Both the position numbers and the translations under genes were made by a program. Below are positions 56,388-64,000 of a stretch of 64,000 bases of DNA, in pieces. The DNA lies in assembly GCA_036004365.1 (NCBI GenBank), contig DASYRN010000030.1, positions 705 through 64,704 of the forward strand, read 5' to 3'. Under the pieces are notes generated by a model. That model searched no databases and was not told the DNA's origin. It saw nothing but the letters and a program-made list of their open reading frames with translations. Positions within the stretch are counted from its first letter, which is position 1. Each line of letters starts with the position of its first letter. Source of the stretch: Candidatus Binatia bacterium. Lineage in GTDB: Bacteria; Desulfobacterota; Binatia; UBA9968.

Positions 56388-57374
56388 ATGAAACCAGAAG
56401 AGTTCAAAAAGATATTTTTTTCCCTGGAGGCTGAGGTAAAAAAAATCATTGTCGGCCATGAGGATGTGATCCGCAAGGTTGTTCTCGCGTTCTTTGCCGG
56501 CGGACATGTGTTGCTCGAAGGGGTGCCGGGCCTAGGTAAGACCTTGCTCGTCAAGTCTCTAAGCCGCGCCGTGGGGCTTTCTTTCAAACGCGTTCAATTC
56601 ACGCCGGATCTGATGCCGTCGGATATTGTCGGGACCCAGGTGCTCACGGAAAGCGACGGGCGGAGAGAATTTCAGTTTAAGAAAGGACCGATCTTTGCCC
56701 ACGTCGTTTTGGCAGATGAGATCAACCGGGCGACGCCCAAAACCCAGTCGGCGGTTCTCGAAGCGATGGAGGAGCGGCAGGTGACGGTCTTCGGCGAGAC
56801 CTTTTCTCTCGAAGCACCCTTTATGGTCCTCGCGACGCAGAATCCAATCGAATTGGAGGGCACCTATCCGCTGCCGGAAGCTCAGCTCGACCGGTTCTTC
56901 TTCAAGCTCCTGGTGAGTCCGCCTGCGCCGAGTGAGTTGGAAGAGATTCTGCGCCGCACGACAGGCGCCGAGGAACATGAGGCTAAACAAGTTCTGCGCA
57001 AGGATGGCGCGCATGTCATCGAAGAGATGCAGCTCTTGCTGCGACAAGTCCTCATAGCGCCTCCTCTGGAGAATTATGTGGTTCGGTTGGTTCATGCCAC
57101 GCAGCCGATGGGATCAAAGGGAAGCCCTATCGTCTCCGAGGTCAAAGATTTCCTTCGCTTCGGCTCCAGTCCGCGCGGAGCGCAATCCATGATTTTGGGC
57201 GCGAAAGGGAATGCCTTGGTCGAGGGCAGAGTCAACGTGAGTTATGAGGACATCGAGGCGATGCTCTATCCTTCTTTGCGTCACCGTTTGATTCTCAATT
57301 TCCAAGCGGAAGCAGAAAACGTGAGCGCGGACCAGATTCTGGCGGCGGTCGTCAAAAAGATCCCGCGCGATTAG
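56388..57374 (+). CDS. MoxR-family AAA+ ATPase
   Basis: GVPGLGKT Walker A, VLADEINRA Walker B, and the MoxR C-terminal domain. Confidence 0.9.
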   Translation: MKPEEFKKIFFSLEAEVKKIIVGHEDVIRKVVLAFFAGGHVLLEGVPGLGKTLLVKSLSRAVGLSFKRVQFTPDLMPSDIVGTQVLTESDGRREFQFKKGPIFAHVVLADEINRATPKTQSAVLEAMEERQVTVFGETFSLEAPFMVLATQNPIELEGTYPLPEAQLDRFFFKLLVSPPAPSELEEILRRTTGAEEHEAKQVLRKDGAHVIEEMQLLLRQVLIAPPLENYVVRLVHATQPMGSKGSPIVSEVKDFLRFGSSPRGAQSMILGAKGNALVEGRVNVSYEDIEAMLYPSLRHRLILNFQAEAENVSADQILAAVVKKIPRD

Positions 57375-57418
57375 GCTCGGCCGTCTCGAGGTTATTTTTT
57401 TCGCGTGTCATAAGAGTC

Positions 57419-58312
57419 ATGCTGCCCGCGCCTTTTACTTCGGATTTCCTGAATCGTCTGGAAGCTCTCCGGCTCCGCACGCGGAAGGAGGTTCTCGGGG
57501 GTCGTCAGGGAAGTTATGCCTCTCCGCGTCGAGGAATGAGTCTGGAGTTCGCCGATTACCGGCGCTACTCGCCGGGAGATGATATCCGCTATCTCGATTG
57601 GGGAATTTTTGCCCGCACCGACCGGTTTTATATCAGGCTCTTTCGCGAGGAGGTCGATCTTTTCGTCTACCTTTTCATCGATGCGAGCGGTTCGATGGCT
57701 TTCCCCTCGACGCAGGAGAAATTTTCTTCGGCGGGCCATATTGCACTCGCTCTGGCCTATGTGGTCTTGGCGAATCATGACCACGTGAAGCTTCATTTCT
57801 TGCAAGAGGGCTCCGCTGTCACGACCTCTCCGTTTTACCGCGGGAGGAACAGAATCGTCGACTGCATCGGTTTTTTTTCTCGTATCTCGCCCGATGGTCC
57901 GCTGGAGTTCGCTCATTCTTTGGGAGAGCATTTAAGGGGGATCCGACGCCCTGGAAAAGCCGTGATCCTCTCTGATTTCCTCATGCCGGCTCCTTCGTAC
58001 CAACAGGGGCTCAATATGCTGCGCGCATTTAATCTGGATATTTCGGTGATCCAGGTGCTGGGGCGGCAGGAGATCGACCCGCCCTTTTCTGACCAGAGCC
58101 TGGCGCTGGTGGATAGCGAAAGCCGAGCGGAAATCAGACTTCAGTGGAATCGGAATCTCCGTAAGAGGTACCAGGAAAAATTGAAACGCCACAACCTCGA
58201 GCTGCGGAGCGTTTGCCACCAGGCTGGAATTCATTATTCCCTTTTCGTAACCGATCAAGTGTTAACCGACTTCGTACTTGAGACACTTCCTGCCGTTGGC
58301 CTCTTTAAGTAA
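57419..58312 (+). CDS. DUF58 domain protein (VWA-like, MoxR partner)
   Basis: GxEFxxxRxYxxGDDxRxIDW motif (GMSLEFADYRRYSPGDDIRYLDW). Confidence 0.8.
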   Translation: MLPAPFTSDFLNRLEALRLRTRKEVLGGRQGSYASPRRGMSLEFADYRRYSPGDDIRYLDWGIFARTDRFYIRLFREEVDLFVYLFIDASGSMAFPSTQEKFSSAGHIALALAYVVLANHDHVKLHFLQEGSAVTTSPFYRGRNRIVDCIGFFSRISPDGPLEFAHSLGEHLRGIRRPGKAVILSDFLMPAPSYQQGLNMLRAFNLDISVIQVLGRQEIDPPFSDQSLALVDSESRAEIRLQWNRNLRKRYQEKLKRHNLELRSVCHQAGIHYSLFVTDQVLTDFVLETLPAVGLFK

Positions 58313-58317
58313 CGTCT

Positions 58318-60093
58318 ATGGAATTCTTGAATCCGGCCGCGCTTTACGGCCTTTTTTTTCTTCCGCTTCTCTTGCTTGCTTATCTTATAAAAGGAAAGCC
58401 GAGGCGCTTCGTATTTTCAAGCCTGCTTCTGCTGCGAGAGTTCCATTCCCGACCCACTGGAAGGAGATGGGGGACACTCCACCTTCCGCCCATTTTCTTT
58501 CTTCAGCTTCTTCTGCTTTTGCTTTTGATCCTGGCTCTAGGAGAGCCCGTCTTCTCCACTCGCCCGTTGAAGATCGCCGTTGTCTTTGACAACTCGGCGA
58601 GCATGCAGGCTATCGAAGGACAGAAGAAACGATTCGAGATAGCCCAGGAGGAGGCACAGGACTTGCTTCAAACCCTTTCGAGTGGGACGCAGATCGATCT
58701 CTACGTCTCGGTCCCAAGGCTGGAGAGAATCGGAGCGGAGGCTATGGCACCGGCCAAGGCAATCTCTCTCATCCGTACGCTGAGTCCCTACGACATGGGT
58801 GATCCGCCGGGACCGTTAGGACAGGAACTCTCCCGTCTCATGAAGGAAAAGAGCTACGAGCGCCTTTTCTTCTTAACCGATCATCCGCTTCGAGGCCAGG
58901 GCGGAGCCGTCAAAGTCATCTCAGTGGGCCGGACGAAGAACAATCTCGCTCTGACGTCGTTTCAGCTCTCCCGTACTTCGTTGATCTCTTCCCAGTTGGA
59001 TGCGAAGTTAGAAGTAACGAGTTTTTCGTTGCGCGCCGAAAAAGTCAGGGTGACTCTAAAAGGTGGCGAAAAAGTCATCTCGACTAGGGAGCTCACGCTA
59101 GCTCCAGGCAAGGCTGAGACGGTCTCCTTCGGAGGCCTCTCGTCGCACCCCTATTTCGAAGCAGAGATCGATGCAAAAGATGCCCTCTCTCTGGACAACC
59201 ATCGCTATGCCGTTGCGCCTTCAGCAGAGGGCTTAAAGATCCTCGGCGTTTCACCCCGCCCGCAAGCCCTCCAAAGTTTACGCTCCATTCCGGGTTTGAA
59301 TTTGAAGTTGGTGTCGCCCAATGACTATGCGAAAAGCGGAGAGGAAGGGCACGCGCTCGAGATTTTCCACTTTTCGGCCCCGGCCCTCCTGCCCCGACGC
59401 CATGCGTTGTTTGTCCTGCCTCCGAAGAACAATCCTCTGGTCGCCGAAGAGCGGTCTCTCTCTCGACCTGTCATTTCGTTCTGGCGCGATCCCCATCCGC
59501 TTACCCGCTACGTCAACTTTGCGCTTTTCCGGCCAAACTATGCGCGGAGTCTAAAGCCGCTCTTTTCTGGCGAGTCCATCGTCAAGAGTCCCGAGGGGCC
59601 CTTGATGATGGCTTTTGAATATCAGGGGTATCGCTATCTGGTCTTGGGCTTTGATCCATTTCCCTATCTGGGTCAGCAGAACCTTCCCGTTTCGATCCTA
59701 ACCTTAAACATGCTGGGCTGGTTTTACGAGTCACAGGGAAGTTCCGGTGTAGCGACCGGGACGCCGCTTGAATTGCAGGGTTCCGGAGCGACCGTTATCA
59801 CTCCGAAACAGGATAAGATCCAGGTCAAAGAAAGTCCTGCTCTATTTTCCCGCACCTTTTATCAAGGTCTCTATCAAATCATTCGATCCGGCAAAAAAGA
59901 GTTCGCAGCGGTCAATCTCGGCAGTCTGCAAGAATCCGATCTCAACAACCCGACGCCCATCGAGATGAGAGAAGCGACCTCGATCTCCGGAAGCCGCTCC
60001 TTTCTGTTTCCCGTGTGGCCCTATCTTCTTCTGCTCTCGATCCTGCTGTTCTTCTTGGAATGGTACTTGAATCCTCCGGTCAGGCAGTCATGA
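58318..60093 (+). CDS. BatA-like aerotolerance-operon protein (N-terminal double-TM domain plus VWA-like MIDAS DxSxS)
   Basis: N-terminal NPAALYGLFFLPLLLLAYL. VVFDNSASM MIDAS-like motif. C-terminal TM segment. Confidence 0.6.
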   Translation: MEFLNPAALYGLFFLPLLLLAYLIKGKPRRFVFSSLLLLREFHSRPTGRRWGTLHLPPIFFLQLLLLLLLILALGEPVFSTRPLKIAVVFDNSASMQAIEGQKKRFEIAQEEAQDLLQTLSSGTQIDLYVSVPRLERIGAEAMAPAKAISLIRTLSPYDMGDPPGPLGQELSRLMKEKSYERLFFLTDHPLRGQGGAVKVISVGRTKNNLALTSFQLSRTSLISSQLDAKLEVTSFSLRAEKVRVTLKGGEKVISTRELTLAPGKAETVSFGGLSSHPYFEAEIDAKDALSLDNHRYAVAPSAEGLKILGVSPRPQALQSLRSIPGLNLKLVSPNDYAKSGEEGHALEIFHFSAPALLPRRHALFVLPPKNNPLVAEERSLSRPVISFWRDPHPLTRYVNFALFRPNYARSLKPLFSGESIVKSPEGPLMMAFEYQGYRYLVLGFDPFPYLGQQNLPVSILTLNMLGWFYESQGSSGVATGTPLELQGSGATVITPKQDKIQVKESPALFSRTFYQGLYQIIRSGKKEFAAVNLGSLQESDLNNPTPIEMREATSISGSRSFLFPVWPYLLLLSILLFFLEWYLNPPVRQS

Positions 60094-60205
60094 AAGATTT
60101 TCTTTTGAATCCGTTTACGCGGCTCTTCTTTGTTTTCTTTCTGGTTCGCCGCTCTTTTTTGCTAAGAGTGAACGTTGGTCTTTATAAAATAGCGCGGCAG
60201 AAATC

Positions 60206-61330
60206 TCATTCCTGCTCTAAGTTATGTAGTTCTCGCTCATTGAGAGATTCATACGTAGAATGAAGGGCGGGAGATAGCTCTGCAAGACAAACTCGCAACA
60301 CGTCCTTAACTGATACTCCGCCGGGTTCATACGCAATTGTGCCGAGATTTGGCGGAGGGCCCCACCGGTTGGAATCGGGTTTCTGGAATATAGCGACCGT
60401 CCGTACGCCCAATGCGCAAGCAAGATGCATCGGACCGCTATCGCAAGCCACAAATAATTGGCATCTTGATATCATCGCTGCGAAAATCCTCAGAGAAGGT
60501 TCGTAAACCAGAGCGACATCTGGCTTCAAACACCGTCTGAAGAACTCAATCAAATTTTTTTCCTCGGGGCCAAGAAAAACCACGACTCTTAGACCATGTG
60601 CATTAAGATCGTGGATGAGTTCTAAGAAATATTCCTTAGGCCATCGTTTCCCCCGGCCTATCCTCGCACCCACAAAAACGCCAACAATAGGGCCTTTGCC
60701 TTTTACAATCAGTCCGGCAATTCTTTTCCATCCCGCATCCTTCTCCTGTGCGGACAAAATCACTGAAGGAAGAATATCTCCTTTCACACCTATGGAGCCA
60801 AGAAAGATTCGTAAGGCTTGATACTTATTGGTTTCCTCGGGTTTGGGGATCTTTACGTTAAAGCAAAAGTCTCGCTTCCCTTTCCTGCCGAGCTTGAACC
60901 GAGATCCAGAGAGACCAACAATAAATGCACCCATAGCTGACTGGGAAACACTTAACTCAACCGCCAAGTCATAACCCACCGAGCGGATCCGCCTTAATAG
61001 GGCAAGGTAGGCCCACGAGGCATCGGGAAACCGCCGTGTAATCTGATAGTGATGATCGATGGGTAGATTTTCAAAGAGTACCTTGGATACCGGTCCTCCG
61101 ACAAAGTCAATCCTGGCTCGGGGAAAATTTTTGCGAAATATAAATATGCCGGGAGTTGCAAGAACGGAATCGCCTATGCGAAAATTCGGACGCACCAAAA
61201 GGATCTTATCAATATCTTCCTTGGGAAGTTCGAGCCGCACGTCTTCCTTTGATCCATACATGAAAGGTCTCATCCCATACGTGACCACGTTGCGGATTTT
61301 ATCATTTAGGCGATAAGCGAAAGGCGTCAT
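60206..61330 (-). CDS. Glycosyltransferase family 9 (LPS heptosyltransferase-like)
   Basis: C-terminal DSGPMHLACALGVRTVAIF motif typical of GT9. Confidence 0.75.
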   Translation of the reverse strand: MTPFAYRLNDKIRNVVTYGMRPFMYGSKEDVRLELPKEDIDKILLVRPNFRIGDSVLATPGIFIFRKNFPRARIDFVGGPVSKVLFENLPIDHHYQITRRFPDASWAYLALLRRIRSVGYDLAVELSVSQSAMGAFIVGLSGSRFKLGRKGKRDFCFNVKIPKPEETNKYQALRIFLGSIGVKGDILPSVILSAQEKDAGWKRIAGLIVKGKGPIVGVFVGARIGRGKRWPKEYFLELIHDLNAHGLRVVVFLGPEEKNLIEFFRRCLKPDVALVYEPSLRIFAAMISRCQLFVACDSGPMHLACALGVRTVAIFQKPDSNRWGPPPNLGTIAYEPGGVSVKDVLRVCLAELSPALHSTYESLNERELHNLEQE

Positions 61331-61629
61331 CTGGCAAACCTTTACAACAAAGTCTCTCGGAGGACAATGTCTGCAACGCTAAAGTAGTCCCGTAATCTAC
61401 CTCTCTTTGCTTAGACCTCTACCGTTTCCGGGGGCTCAAAAACAGAAGCAGAAGTCCGGCGCACCGTCTCAAGCAGCTGCCGCATCGGCAGGAATGATTA
61501 TCCCTGCAAGGAAACAGACGGAGTCTAGTGCCTCGTATCAGCAAAATGCTATAGTGATGGACTAACCTGCTGCTTTGACCCAAAGACCGGAAATGTAGGA
61601 AGCCGGGTTTTTAGTAGCTACAATAAATC

Positions 61630-64000
61630 ATGAAAGATTCTCTCTCTCAGATTCACTTCGCCAGTCCGATCTTTTTCTTTCTAGTCCTGCTCTTGCCTCT
61701 TCTTTGGCTGCGGCTAAGGGGGCGCTCTTTTTTGTTCGTCATTTGGCGTTCTTTTGTCTTGCTGCTTCTCATAGTCGCGCTTGCCGATCCCGGGCTCGTG
61801 AGCGTCACGAAGAAAGAGGTCAAGCGCATTTTTGTCTTCGATGTTTCCCGCAGCATTCCCAGCGGGATGAGGCTCTGGATGGCTCAGCATCGCTTGACGC
61901 CCATGAAAGGCGACCGCACGTTCGTCTTTGCAGGCGAAGCCAAAGAAGTCTCGGACTGGAAGAGCTGGCTTCAAGAGAACGCGTCCGGGGGCTCAATCAA
62001 ACCGGGTCAGACCAATTTGGAGAATCTCTTCTCGACGCTGCTAAGCCTGCCCGAGACTCCACGCACCGTTTTTCTATTCACCGACGGTTGGGAGACCCAG
62101 GGAAAATTGGAGCCGATGCTGACCACACTCGCTCAGTCTGGAATGCGCGTTTTCCCGATTCTGCCGCCGGGACAGTCTGAAATAGAAAACGTAACGGTCA
62201 AGCGAGTTCTTGTGCCGCACCAGGCTAAAAAAGGGGAAGCGATCAATGTCCGGATCGCGGTTGAGAATCAAGGTAACCGAGAGGTGGAGGGGAGCCTGAC
62301 TCTGAAGCGCAACGGTCAGCCCGTTAAAGAGGAAAAGGTAAGGATCAGGCCGGGAGCTCAAATCTTTAATTATCAGGCCCTTCCTTCCGAAGGTCCTCTG
62401 ATCTCGTTCAGCGCCAGCTTTGCCGGGCGCTCCTCGTCGGACCTTTTCTCCTTCGACAATCAGGCCACCTCCTGGGTTGCAGTCCAGTCTAAGCAGAAGA
62501 TCCTGCTACTCAACGGCCATAGCGGAGAAGGCAGGTACTTAGAAGAGATTCTTAAGCGGCGCGGCTACGAAGTGAATTCTTTGACCGTAAGCGCGCCCGG
62601 GAATTCGCTTCCCGCGCCAGGCGATTACGGCGTCGTGGTCTTTAACAATGTGGAGCGGGAAAAGTTTCCCTCCAGCTATCTTGCCGCAATCGAGCGGCAC
62701 GTAGCCGAAGGTCACGCTTTTCTCATGTTAGGTGGCGAGGCAAGTTTTGGCCCCGGCGGATATCGCCAGACGCCGATTGAGACGGTTCTACCCGTAGAGC
62801 TTAGAGAGCCGAAGAAAGAAGAGAAAAATCGCGCCGTGATTCTTGTGATCGACAAATCCGGCAGCATGCGCGAAGGAAATAGAATCCTCTACGCCCAAGA
62901 GGCAGCCAAAGCGGTCGTGGGCCAACTTAAGGAAAGTGATCTTGTCGGTGTCATTGGATTTGATGTAGAAGCGTTTGTTGTTGTCCCGCTCGCGTCTGTC
63001 GAGAGGATTCGGGGCAGCTTTGGCGCTCAGATTGACCGCTTGAGAGCTAGCGGGAGAACCTATCTGTATCCCGCCATCGTGGAGGCAAAACGGCAGCTCG
63101 AACGGCAAAGCGTGGCGCGAAAGCATGTGATCATCCTCAGTGACGGCGAGACGGGCGGCAGTGGCAGCGACTATATCGATCTGGTGAATGTGATGAGGAG
63201 CGAACTCAAGATTACGGTCTCGTCAGTCGCGATCGGAGAGGAGGCCAATGTCCCTTTGATGAAGCGAATTGCCCAGTATGGGGGCGGCTTCTTTCACCAT
63301 ACTTTAGATCCCACGACGCTTCCCCAAATCGTTTTGCGGCAATTGCAACAAGAGCCGGAAGAGAGACCCCCGGTGGAAAAGGCATTCACGCCCGTGCGTG
63401 TCGGAAGTTCGGAGCTGCTGGCGGGATTTCCCGAGAAGTCTTTTCCCTCAGTGAGGGGTTACGTAGAGACCGAAATCAAAAGAGGGGCACATGTTGACTT
63501 GATCCTTCCTAGGGAGGAAAGAAAAAATCCCCTTTTGGCTTCTTGGAACTACGGCAAAGGCAAGGCAGTTGCGTTCACCACGGACCTTCAGGGGCGCTGG
63601 AGTAAAGATTGGATTCAGTGGCCCCTTTTGGAGAGGTTCTGGGCGAAGATTTTTGACTGGCTGCTTCCGCCAAAGGAAACTCTCCCTCCGCACGAGGTTC
63701 GGATCAATTCTGAACAGGGGAGGCCGATCATGGATTTTTACCTTTATAAGGACGAAAACGCCGGCAGCGTTTTTCGTTATTCGTATAGTGGCAAAAATTC
63801 CAAGGGTGAGGGCTCCTTGAGGAGGTTGGCGCCTGGCCATTATCAGGCCGAGTTACCCTTTTCCACTCCAGGTGATTATCGAGTGACACTTACGGAAGAG
63901 CGACGCGGTGGGAGGATTTCTTACCCGCCGCTGGGTTATACGGTCGCGTTCGATCCTAAAACCGAGATGCCGCATGAGGAATTTAATGTGGCTCTTCTGG
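61630..64000 (+). CDS. Large VWA-domain protein (Bat-operon-like), 3'-partial: the frame runs off the window end
   Basis: ATG at 61630. N-terminal double-TM segment like BatA. VILVIDKSGSM MIDAS motif. No stop before position 64000; not in the ORF track because it is incomplete. Confidence 0.6.
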   Translation, partial: MKDSLSQIHFASPIFFFLVLLLPLLWLRLRGRSFLFVIWRSFVLLLLIVALADPGLVSVTKKEVKRIFVFDVSRSIPSGMRLWMAQHRLTPMKGDRTFVFAGEAKEVSDWKSWLQENASGGSIKPGQTNLENLFSTLLSLPETPRTVFLFTDGWETQGKLEPMLTTLAQSGMRVFPILPPGQSEIENVTVKRVLVPHQAKKGEAINVRIAVENQGNREVEGSLTLKRNGQPVKEEKVRIRPGAQIFNYQALPSEGPLISFSASFAGRSSSDLFSFDNQATSWVAVQSKQKILLLNGHSGEGRYLEEILKRRGYEVNSLTVSAPGNSLPAPGDYGVVVFNNVEREKFPSSYLAAIERHVAEGHAFLMLGGEASFGPGGYRQTPIETVLPVELREPKKEEKNRAVILVIDKSGSMREGNRILYAQEAAKAVVGQLKESDLVGVIGFDVEAFVVVPLASVERIRGSFGAQIDRLRASGRTYLYPAIVEAKRQLERQSVARKHVIILSDGETGGSGSDYIDLVNVMRSELKITVSSVAIGEEANVPLMKRIAQYGGGFFHHTLDPTTLPQIVLRQLQQEPEERPPVEKAFTPVRVGSSELLAGFPEKSFPSVRGYVETEIKRGAHVDLILPREERKNPLLASWNYGKGKAVAFTTDLQGRWSKDWIQWPLLERFWAKIFDWLLPPKETLPPHEVRINSEQGRPIMDFYLYKDENAGSVFRYSYSGKNSKGEGSLRRLAPGHYQAELPFSTPGDYRVTLTEERRGGRISYPPLGYTVAFDPKTEMPHEEFNVALL

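Overview
This looks like a chromosomal fragment from a GC-rich (roughly 55-60 %) Gram-negative environmental bacterium. It is densely coding on both strands and mixes housekeeping and accessory genes. Main contents, left to right:

- a chromate-resistance remnant: chrA (5' partial), a ChrB-C-like gene, and a decayed chrC/SOD fragment;
- secreted and outer-membrane proteins (DUF1080, DUF1259, YVTN beta-propeller, an OM beta-barrel);
- an ECF sigma/anti-sigma pair;
- korAB and moaA;
- a sensor kinase plus NtrC-family sigma-54 activator, directly followed by a canonical sigma-54 promoter and a five-gene cluster of small secreted / glycine-zipper lipoproteins;
- amidohydrolase and isochorismatase-family hydrolases;
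- a MetE-like (Meth_synt_2) gene interrupted by a single in-frame TGA at the conserved zinc-ligand Cys position, with a hairpin just downstream: a candidate selenoprotein, or else a pseudogene;
- a TPP riboswitch in front of thiS-thiG-thiE;
- tRNA-Thr(CGU), followed by a low-GC non-coding stretch;
- glcD-glcF-glcE;
- an adenylate cyclase with a TPR domain;
- a noticeably higher-GC block: TRAP transporter dctPQM plus an amidase, with two about 120-bp near-identical repeats (each bounded by 13-bp inverted termini) lying after dctM and after the amidase;
- mgtC and mltG;
- a Bat-like MoxR/DUF58/VWA operon, a GT9 heptosyltransferase, and a 3'-partial VWA protein.

A family of AT-rich short tandem/inverted repeats recurs at gene boundaries. 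No CRISPR array, rRNA, or clear transposase/integrase was seen. All product calls come from motif-level reading of the supplied translations and carry the stated uncertainty.
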